Below, piece by piece: positions 1-6,672 of a stretch of DNA of 22,136 nt. The notes under the pieces were generated by a model, which had not been told where the DNA came from, ran no database searches, and was given only the letters and a program-made list of their open reading frames with translations. Made by a program: the position numbers and the translations under genes. This stretch comes from Bacilli bacterium. GTDB taxonomy: Bacteria > Bacillota_I > Bacilli_A > RF39 > UBA660. The stretch's first letter is position 1, and every line of letters begins with the position of its first letter. The stretch covers positions 1 through 22,136 of the forward strand of contig JAZQBG010000019.1 of the NCBI GenBank assembly GCA_045545595.1, given 5' to 3'.

Positions 1-1341
1 TACTCTTGCATTTTCTGGTAGTTTCCATTTACCATTTACTTCTCTATCTAGTACTAGATTAAATGCCATGTTTTGTATTGCTGGTAATGCATTTGTTATT
101 TCATCTAAAAATACTATGTGTATCTTATCTTTTTCTTTTTCACATCTTTCTTCTAGCTTAACTAACCATGTTGGTTTTATATCTATTATCTTTTTACTAC
201 TTTCTATTAATTTATCAAAACTGATTTCACCTTTATCATACATTGGCTTTAACATTTCAAATGTTGCTTGATCTGTCATAGCTACACTTTTTCCATTTAA
301 GCTTTCTGGAGTTGCATTAGCTAGGTATATTATTTCACAATCTGGATCTAATTGTTTTACCCTGGCGCTTTTACCTTCACTACTTCTACCATGTAATAAT
401 ACTGATATTCCACTTTGTACTGAAGCTTTTATTATATCTTCTTCACTTACTTCTTCAAAATCAAAGTTATATGGATTTTTTCTTCTATTATTTTCTTCAT
501 CTTGTTCACTACTTACTTCTAGATTTACTGCTTTTGTACGAAACATTTCTATTGACAAATATTTATCCATAAACTCTTTCATATCAGTCTTAGAAAAATC
601 ACCTTTGTAATCCCTTGTGTTTTTAAACTGTATACCTGATACTATTATTTCTTCAGTTATCATTAATTTTGACTTTTCATCTACTAACCATTTTACTGGT
701 TCAACTTCAACCCATACATAATCACCACGTGTATAAGTTTCCCCGTTTGATAATGTAAATTCATCATCGAATGTATTAGCTGCAACTCTTACATATTTTT
801 TCCCGTTATATTCATATTCAGCATGAACTTTTGGACAAAATACTTCGTAATAATCATAACACATTATTGAATCAGTTATGTATGCATTGTTATTTTTATT
901 TAATCTTAAAGCAAGAAAGGTATCCTCTAATTTGTCTTGTATATTTTTAGGCGCTGCACTTCTTGGATAATAACCATATTCTACTTCTAGTATTCCATCT
1001 TTTGATCTTCCACTCACTCCGTTCGTGGGGATTGATTGGACGCTAGAGAACGATAAAGCGGGACGGACCCCACCAGTACGCTTATTAACAAGGTTGCTGT
1101 TACTATCACCATCGTAGTGAACGACGCGCGCGTCATTATCCTGATCATCAGTTTTAGTCCAATACCATCCTGTTCTTTTATCTAGTGTACGAGTATAGTC
1201 TACATAAAAAACACTACTTACAAATCCACCTAAAAGAATCGCAAAATCTGTTATTGCAGCTTTTGTTCCTCTTTTCTTTATTACATCTAGTGCCTTATCT
1301 CCAAATATTTGACTTTCTTCTAACAATGTTAGTTCTTGCAT
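1..1341 (-). CDS. DGR target protein, paralog 2 (5' portion only, runs off the left edge): N-terminal variable domain + AAA+ ATPase
   Basis: Not in the ORF track because it is edge-truncated. Hand translation from ATG (1341-1339) gives MQELTLLEESQIFGDKALDVIKKRGTKAAITDF... with no stop in 447 codons. It is highly similar by eye to residues 1-450 of the 665-aa ORF at 3226-5223, apart from the VR and a divergent linker with a 3-codon length difference. Walker A GRSSEGKS and Walker B IVFLDEITN are present. Confidence 0.8.
   Translation of the reverse strand, partial: MQELTLLEESQIFGDKALDVIKKRGTKAAITDFAILLGGFVSSVFYVDYTRTLDKRTGWYWTKTDDQDNDARVVHYDGDSNSNLVNKRTGGVRPALSFSSVQSIPTNGVSGRSKDGILEVEYGYYPRSAAPKNIQDKLEDTFLALRLNKNNNAYITDSIMCYDYYEVFCPKVHAEYEYNGKKYVRVAANTFDDEFTLSNGETYTRGDYVWVEVEPVKWLVDEKSKLMITEEIIVSGIQFKNTRDYKGDFSKTDMKEFMDKYLSIEMFRTKAVNLEVSSEQDEENNRRKNPYNFDFEEVSEEDIIKASVQSGISVLLHGRSSEGKSARVKQLDPDCEIIYLANATPESLNGKSVAMTDQATFEMLKPMYDKGEISFDKLIESSKKIIDIKPTWLVKLEERCEKEKDKIHIVFLDEITNALPAIQNMAFNLVLDREVNGKWKLPENARV
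1059..1132 (-). repeat. DGR variable repeat VR2
   Basis: 74 nt, colinear with TR 6527-6600. There are 9 mismatches: 8 at plus-strand T (coding-strand A of the TR) and 1 in the 3'-terminal hairpin loop. Encodes ARVVHYDGDSNSNLVNKRTGGVRP; the TR in the same frame encodes ARVVNNDGNSNNNNVNKRNGGVRP. Confidence 0.9.
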
Positions 1342-1374
1342 TATCTATCACTTACTTTCTCTTAAGTTTACGCA

Positions 1375-2826
1375 TTACCTTTTTCTACAATTATTTGAAT
1401 TTGAGTTAGATAATTTTTTTAATTGCTCATCCGTAATATATATAACTTTACCACCTGGTGGATTTATTTTGTCACTACCAAATACTACCCATATAGCATT
1501 TACACTTTTTTCAGGCATATCTGCATATCCATCAGTAAATATTATTTTATTTTCTGTCCTTCTAGAAAACGCATTAACTGCTGTATCAAAATTTGTTCCA
1601 CCTCTACCTACAAATTCCATATTATCAATGTCTTTTTCATTTCTAATTTCATGAAAACCATAAAATTTAGTGTCAAAACATCCGACCTTTACTTTAGAAG
1701 TTTTCAAAATATTTTTACATTCTCTAAGAAAATTTCTAAGTAGTGTATTATTAATAGAGCCACTGGTATCTAATAATATTTCAGTTTCTGGTTGAGGCAT
1801 TTTTTCAAGATGAGGAGTTACGATACCATCTTCAACAGTTGCGTTCTTATAAGACCAATCTACATTTAATTTAATAGCTTCCCTTAAATATCTTCTCCAG
1901 TCAATTAAAGGTGAAGCATTTCCTATATCATCAAATTTTATAATATTGGAATCAGTAGTATTACCTGAACTAGTAGATTGTTTCGCTAAAGAATTTTTAA
2001 GTTCTTCCAATAATTTTTCTTTTTCTTTTTTATTTTCGCTAAACGTTTTCTTTTCTCCTTGTTCAGATAGTTTTTTTATGGTTTCCTCTTTTTTACTTTT
2101 AGGTTCTGTATCTCCTTGTTCATTCTGAGGTTCAGTTTTTTCTTCTTTAGTTTCTTCATTTTTATCTCTATTAAATAATTTGTCTAAGAAATTACTTTTC
2201 TTTTTATTTTCCTTTTTCTCTTCTTGTTTTTGTCCGTTACCATTACTATTTTGTTGGTCTTGATTTTTTCTCTTTTCAATGGCATCATCCCACATACTAT
2301 GAGAGTCATGACCTACATTCATATCTTCAAATGTATCATCGCTTGACGAACTTTGACTAGGATTATTCTCTTGTCCATTTCCATCAGAACTAGACTGACT
2401 ATTTTTGTTGTCTTTCTGATTTTGGTTATTATTTTCCTTTTCCTTTAATAGTTTTTCATAATATGATTCAACATCATAATTATATGCTTCTGGTTTGTTA
2501 ACTCCACCTTCAACAAGTGGTAATCCATCATGCACTAAGTTTGCATTAATCACTGCATCTGCAGCTGTATTCCATAATCTTTTATCCTTGCCTTCACTTC
2601 TATAAATATGATTAAGCGCAACATGGGCTATTTCATGTGCAAAAATAAATACTTTTTCATCTTCTGTTAATCCACTTATAAAATCAGGATTATAATAAAT
2701 TGTATCACCATCTGTTTCTGCTATTGGACATTTTATTGTTTCAACATAATTCATATTCGCAAGTACACTTCCAAATGATGGATACTTTATAAGCAGTTTT
2801 CTTTTTATGTTATCTACATTTACCAT
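1375..2826 (-). CDS. VWA-like domain protein with N-terminal HExxH zinc metallopeptidase-like domain (DUF2201-type, as recalled) and a long low-complexity linker
   Basis: 483-aa ORF with AGGAGA RBS 6 nt upstream. N-terminus has FAHEIAHVALNH (HExxH) followed by WNTAADAVINANL. C-terminus has LLDTSGSI ... GGTNF ... IIFTDGY, typical of a VWA/MIDAS-like fold. About 175 aa of N/Q/S/K/E-rich linker lies between. This domain pair is a classical partner of MoxR-type AAA+ ATPases. Confidence 0.85.
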   Translation of the reverse strand: MVNVDNIKRKLLIKYPSFGSVLANMNYVETIKCPIAETDGDTIYYNPDFISGLTEDEKVFIFAHEIAHVALNHIYRSEGKDKRLWNTAADAVINANLVHDGLPLVEGGVNKPEAYNYDVESYYEKLLKEKENNNQNQKDNKNSQSSSDGNGQENNPSQSSSSDDTFEDMNVGHDSHSMWDDAIEKRKNQDQQNSNGNGQKQEEKKENKKKSNFLDKLFNRDKNEETKEEKTEPQNEQGDTEPKSKKEETIKKLSEQGEKKTFSENKKEKEKLLEELKNSLAKQSTSSGNTTDSNIIKFDDIGNASPLIDWRRYLREAIKLNVDWSYKNATVEDGIVTPHLEKMPQPETEILLDTSGSINNTLLRNFLRECKNILKTSKVKVGCFDTKFYGFHEIRNEKDIDNMEFVGRGGTNFDTAVNAFSRRTENKIIFTDGYADMPEKSVNAIWVVFGSDKINPPGGKVIYITDEQLKKLSNSNSNNCRKR

Positions 2827-2836
2827 ATAAATTCTC

Positions 2837-3229
2837 CTAGATTTGCGCTAATAAAGAATATATATTTTCATTTATAGGATTTTCTTTTAAATTAGAACAT
2901 GTAACAATAATGATACAATTCTTAGGTAATTCAAAAGTACTTACTTTTTTATATTTTAATATTTCACCAAACTTTATTTGTTCGTCAGTTGATATTTTAT
3001 TAATTTCATTTATAACTAGTATTTGATTCTTTTTTTCTATCAGTTCATTATACCAATTAGGCGCTACAAAATTTGTTTCTTCATAACTTCCATTTAATAT
3101 TTCTCTATCACAGTTACTTTCAATAATTACAGCATCTTCAAATGCTTTCACAGAAACATCCTCCATTAATATTGGTGAAATCCCCGATTTTATATAACTA
3201 TTTAAAATTTTCATTTTTTCTTCATTCAT
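2837..3229 (-). CDS. Small operon protein of unknown function; possible degenerate AAA+ core fragment
   Basis: 130-aa ORF. Its ATG overlaps the TGA of the upstream gene (ATGA), which suggests translational coupling. The segment LVINEINKISTDEQIKFGEILKYKKV...LPKNCIIIVTCSNL mimics the Walker B to sensor-1 stretch of the neighbouring ATPase (IVFLDEITNALPSIQNMAFNLVLDREV...LPENARVVAAGNEL), but with NE in place of DE and no P-loop. Confidence 0.6.
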   Translation of the reverse strand: MNEEKMKILNSYIKSGISPILMEDVSVKAFEDAVIIESNCDREILNGSYEETNFVAPNWYNELIEKKNQILVINEINKISTDEQIKFGEILKYKKVSTFELPKNCIIIVTCSNLKENPINENIYSLLAQI

Positions 3230-5223
3230 AGTTTTTTTGCTCCTTCATTCAAATTACTAACTCTAAGTTCAGCTATTCTCTCAAGTCTATCATTATCTCC
3301 ATGTATCCATATATTATCAAATGTTGCGGTTACTTCTGGTCCTAACTTTTCTACAAAACTTCTTACTACTTCTACATGTTCATCACTTACACTTGATAAA
3401 CCTAAAGCTGTCGCGTATTTTTCTGACAAGTTCATATTTAAATCACTTTCTGTATAGTTGTTATTTATTACATCTTCTACTGTAATTACTTGTTCTCTAC
3501 AGAAATTTACAAAGTCATATGTTACTTCTTCTCCTACTAATCCTCTTATCATCTCTGGCTTACCTGTTGTATATAATACCTTTGATGCCATCTCCCATTT
3601 TCTTGGGTCTGCATTAGGTTTTTCTCCTGTATATTCTGTTCTTAATGCTTCTATTCCTTTGTATGCTATAAAGGCATATACTGCTGGATGTATCTTTGTT
3701 TTTACTTCTTCTTTCTTATAATCTAATCTTTGATATTTTTCTTCTGGTGTCGATGCCCACTTTAACCAACTCTCTACTGTTGTCTCTATATATACATGAC
3801 AAAATCTATTATACAGTGGTTCTGTTAATTCGTTTGCTGACAATGAATCAGAAAGCTCATTTCCTGCCGCTACTACTCTTGCATTCTCTGGTAATTTCCA
3901 TTTACCATTTACTTCTCTATCTAATACTAGATTAAATGCCATGTTTTGTATACTTGGTAATGCATTTGTTATTTCATCTAAAAATACTATATGTATCTTA
4001 TCTTTTTCTTTTTCGCATCTCTCTTCTAGATTAACTAACCATGTTGGTTTTATATCTATTATCTTTTTACTACTTTCTATTAATTTATCAAATGTTATTT
4101 CACCTTTATCATACATTGGTTTTAACATTTCAAATGTTGCCTGGTCAGTCATAGCTACACTTTTACCATTTAAACTTTCTGGTGTGGCATTAGCTAGGTA
4201 TATTATTTCACAATCTGGATCTAATTGTTTTACTCTGGCACTTTTACCCTCACTACTTCTACCATGTAATAGTACTGATATTCCACTTTGTACTGAAGCT
4301 TTTATTATATCTTCTTCACTTACTTTTTCAAAATTAAAGTTATATGGGTTTTTTCTTCTATTATTTTCTTCTTTTTGTTCCTTTATTTCAGTACCTAAAT
4401 CCATATATATTGTTTGGAAATTTAACATTTCTTTTGACAAATATTTATCCATAAACTCTTTCATATCAGTTTTAGAAAAATCACCTTTATAGTCTCTTGT
4501 ATTTTTAAACTGTATACCTGAAACTATTATTTCTTCTGTAATCATTAATTTTGATCTTTCATCTACTAACCACTTTACTGGTTCAACTTCAACCCATACA
4601 TAATCACCACGTGTATAAGTTTCTCCATTTGATAATATAAATATCTCATCTTTAGAATTAGCTCGTACTCTTACATATTTTTTCCCGTTATATTCATATT
4701 CAGCATGAACTTTTGGACAAAAAACTTCGTCATAATCATAACACATTATTGAATCAGTTATGTATGCATTGTTATTTTTATTTAATCTTAAAGCAAGAAA
4801 GGTATCCTCTAATTTGTCTTGTATATTTTTAGGCGCTGCACTTCTTGGATAATAACCATACTCTACTTCAAATATTCCATCTTTTGATCTTCCACTCACT
4901 CCGTTCGTGGGGATTGATTGGACGCTAGAGAACGGTAAAGCGGGGCGTACCCCAACAGTACGTTTATTAACATAGTTGTTGTTACTATCACCACCGATGT
5001 TAACGACGCGCGCGTCATTATCCTGATCATCAGTTTTAGTCCAATACCATCCTGTTCTTTTATCTAGTGTACGAGTATAGTCTACATAATATTTGTTACT
5101 TACATATCCACCTAAAAGAATCGCAAAATCTGTTATCGCCGCTTTTGTTCCTCTTTTCTTTATTACATCTAGTGCCTTATCTCCAAATATTTGACTTTCT
5201 TCTAATAATGTTAGTTCATTCAT
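3226..5223 (-). CDS. DGR target protein, paralog 1: N-terminal variable (C-type-lectin/FGE-like, GVRPAL-type) domain fused to an AAA+ ATPase (MoxR/AAA_5-like)
   Basis: 665-aa ORF with AGGTGA RBS 7 nt before the ATG at 5223. No signal peptide or TM segment. Residues ~55-97 read GWYWTKT...ARVV...GVRPALPF, the pattern seen in small DGR-type variable ligand-binding domains. The VR covers residues 71-94. The central part has Walker A GRSSEGKS, Walker B IVFLDEITN, VVAAGN and YNRF motifs. Confidence 0.9.
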   Translation of the reverse strand: MNELTLLEESQIFGDKALDVIKKRGTKAAITDFAILLGGYVSNKYYVDYTRTLDKRTGWYWTKTDDQDNDARVVNIGGDSNNNYVNKRTVGVRPALPFSSVQSIPTNGVSGRSKDGIFEVEYGYYPRSAAPKNIQDKLEDTFLALRLNKNNNAYITDSIMCYDYDEVFCPKVHAEYEYNGKKYVRVRANSKDEIFILSNGETYTRGDYVWVEVEPVKWLVDERSKLMITEEIIVSGIQFKNTRDYKGDFSKTDMKEFMDKYLSKEMLNFQTIYMDLGTEIKEQKEENNRRKNPYNFNFEKVSEEDIIKASVQSGISVLLHGRSSEGKSARVKQLDPDCEIIYLANATPESLNGKSVAMTDQATFEMLKPMYDKGEITFDKLIESSKKIIDIKPTWLVNLEERCEKEKDKIHIVFLDEITNALPSIQNMAFNLVLDREVNGKWKLPENARVVAAGNELSDSLSANELTEPLYNRFCHVYIETTVESWLKWASTPEEKYQRLDYKKEEVKTKIHPAVYAFIAYKGIEALRTEYTGEKPNADPRKWEMASKVLYTTGKPEMIRGLVGEEVTYDFVNFCREQVITVEDVINNNYTESDLNMNLSEKYATALGLSSVSDEHVEVVRSFVEKLGPEVTATFDNIWIHGDNDRLERIAELRVSNLNEGAKKL
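3874..5223 (-). repeat. ~1.35-kb direct repeat with 1-1341 (paralogous 5' parts of the two target genes)
   Basis: Offset is 3882 at the gene starts and VRs and 3873 at the window's left edge, so copy 1 is 9 nt (3 codons) longer inside a divergent linker (about 4370-4440 versus 495-560). The remainder is near-identical by eye. Confidence 0.85.
4941..5014 (-). repeat. DGR variable repeat VR1
   Basis: 74 nt, colinear with the TR. There are 8 mismatches: 5 at coding-strand A positions of the TR (AAC>ATC, GAT>GGT, AAT>GAT, AAT>TAT, AAT>ACT) and 3 non-A changes, all within the last 15 nt. Encodes ARVVNIGGDSNNNYVNKRTVGVRP. Confidence 0.9.
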
Positions 5224-5275
5224 TTGTAAATCACCTACTACTATAATTCTACCATATTTTCACTATTTTTTAAAA

Positions 5276-6307
5276 TTATTCTCCATATTTATGAGGAAAA
5301 GTATCATTTTTAAGTTTTAAACTTTCATCTGTATTTTTAATATGATTATAAAAAGCATTTTTTCTAATATAGACATATTCATCATCCACTATATTTTTAT
5401 TCCTTAATTTGTTTAGCGTTTTTAAATGTCTTTTTAATCTAATCTTTGATGATGAACGTAATTTTCTTAATATCCGTCCATTACTATTTAAAATGTGTCT
5501 ATATCCAAGGAAATCTATTCCATTTTTAACCATACCTATTTGTGTTTTAAAATTCAATTCTAAATTAAGTTCATTGTTACATAACTCATCTATTTTATTT
5601 AAACAATAATTTAAATAATTTTTATCTCGGTGAATTAGTATCATATCATCCATGTATCGGATATAACCTTTAATTCTTAGTTTTTCTTTTATTAATCTAT
5701 CTACTTTATTTAAATAGAAAAGCGCAAACAATTGACTGGATTGATTGCCAAGTGGTAATCCTGCACTAGCATTATCTGGTTGTTCTTTTACTAGTTTTTT
5801 AATTAACCACATTTCATCAAGTGAAAATTCTACATTTTTAAGTAAATTTAATAATACTTGGTGGTCAATACTAGGAAAGTATTTTTTTATATCACATTTT
5901 AAATAGTAGATTTTATTATTACGTTCTTTTAAGTATTCATGTCGTAAAAATTTTTCTAATCTATTTATTGCAAAGCTACTACCCTTACCTTTTCTACAAG
6001 CAGCGTTGTCATATATTAATTTTTTCTCTATTTTAGGTTTAAGAACATTATCACAAAAACATCTTATAACTATTCTATCCTTAAATGGCGGTGCCTCAAT
6101 TAATCTTTTCTTTGGTTCATAAATTAAAAATGTTTTATATTTTCTTAATTTATATTTTTTTGTAGTTAGTTCTTTTTTTAAATTATTTAAATTAACTGCA
6201 AGATTAATTTCAAACCTAATAACTTCACCCTTATGTTGTTTAGATTTTCTACACTCTAAATAGGCATTGTATAAATTTTCAAAAGTAAATATTTCTTCTA
6301 ACTCCAT
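5276..6307 (-). CDS. DGR-type reverse transcriptase
   Basis: The ORF track starts at 6331 (GTG). I prefer ATG 6307 (MELEEIF...), which follows an AGGGGG RBS 6 nt upstream. Motifs: KCDIKKYFPSIDH, GLPLGNQSSQLFALFYLN (the [I/L]GxxxSQ signature that separates DGR RTs from retron and group II RTs), and YIRYMDDMILI (YxDD). It sits next to the TR. Confidence 0.92.
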   Translation of the reverse strand: MELEEIFTFENLYNAYLECRKSKQHKGEVIRFEINLAVNLNNLKKELTTKKYKLRKYKTFLIYEPKKRLIEAPPFKDRIVIRCFCDNVLKPKIEKKLIYDNAACRKGKGSSFAINRLEKFLRHEYLKERNNKIYYLKCDIKKYFPSIDHQVLLNLLKNVEFSLDEMWLIKKLVKEQPDNASAGLPLGNQSSQLFALFYLNKVDRLIKEKLRIKGYIRYMDDMILIHRDKNYLNYCLNKIDELCNNELNLELNFKTQIGMVKNGIDFLGYRHILNSNGRILRKLRSSSKIRLKRHLKTLNKLRNKNIVDDEYVYIRKNAFYNHIKNTDESLKLKNDTFPHKYGE

Positions 6308-6526
6308 AAATTTCCCCCTAAAAAAGAACACTCCGTGTAACTTGTAAAAAACAGATTATCTATTCGTTACTTGTGTAAGTGTTCATGTTTTTCCATCGCA
6401 CTTATTTCTTTTAGCGGTTAGAAAAGAGAAAAATTCCTTCACTTTAAATGCTGATATATTTTACTTAAAATATATTTATCTGATTTGTTTTATAGATTCA
6501 CATTGTAAATCTTTTCAAAAGTGAAT
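6308..6526 (-). ncRNA. DGR RNA spacer region between TR and RT (expected to be co-transcribed with the TR)
   Basis: Non-coding, with no credible ORF. Two inverted repeats: GATTCAC 6495-6501 / GTGAATC 6521-6527, abutting the TR 3' end, and GAACACT 6326-6332 / AGTGTTC 6378-6384, just upstream of the RT RBS. In characterised DGRs the TR-adjacent spacer is part of the functional RNA. Confidence 0.55.
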
Positions 6527-6600
6527 CGGGACGAACCCCACCATTACGTTTATTAACATTGTTGTTGTTACTATTACCATCGTTGTTAACGACGCGCGCG
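6527..6600 (-). repeat. DGR template repeat (TR)
   Basis: An intergenic 74-nt copy of the VRs. The coding-strand sequence is rich in AAC/AAT codons (9 AAY codons) and contains 23 adenines. It begins with CGCGCGCG and ends in a GGGG-UUCG-UCCC hairpin, a strikingly GC-rich patch in an AT-rich genome. Confidence 0.9.
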
Positions 6601-6672
6601 AAAAATACTCTACAAACAAGTACGCACACATAAAAATTTTTCCCTTAATCAAAAGTCTTTCGACTTAAAATC

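Noticed and set aside
68-4492. Plus-strand ORFs in the track (68-271, 1185-1409, 1423-1743, 1469-1654, 1946-2128, 3458-3721, 3696-3935, 3941-4492)
   Set aside because: All are antisense to long minus-strand genes with clear domain content. Their products are low-complexity F/L/S/I-rich sequences typical of the antisense frames of AT-rich genes. 68-271 and 3941-4492 merely mirror the duplicated target genes.
1-5223. The 1.35-kb direct repeats as flanks of a transposon or IS element
   Set aside because: There is no transposase and no terminal inverted repeats. Both copies are in-frame 5' portions of paralogous genes within one co-directional operon.
5409-5609. Plus-strand 66-aa ORF inside the RT gene
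   Set aside because: It is antisense to a well-supported RT ORF and has no RBS.
5276-6331. Group II intron-encoded RT / maturase
   Set aside because: The protein is short (about 343 aa) and has no maturase (X) or endonuclease domain. I see no intron domain V/VI-like RNA structure or flanking exon context.
6308-6331. Upstream GTG start (6331) for the RT, as given in the ORF track
   Set aside because: ATG 6307 is preceded by AGGGGG at ideal spacing. The extra MFFFRGKF would be translated from the RBS region itself.
5276-6600. Retron interpretation: an RT with an upstream non-coding, structured region and downstream ATPase effector genes
   Set aside because: The upstream non-coding segment is a copy of a coding segment present in two downstream genes, and it differs only at adenines. 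The RT also carries the DGR-type LGxxxSQ motif. This is TR/VR logic, not msr/msd.
6527-6600. Intergenic 74-mer as a decayed fragment (pseudogene) of the target gene
   Set aside because: Homology stops sharply at both ends, and the differences are strictly adenine-specific rather than random. It also sits between avd and the RT, exactly where a TR is expected.
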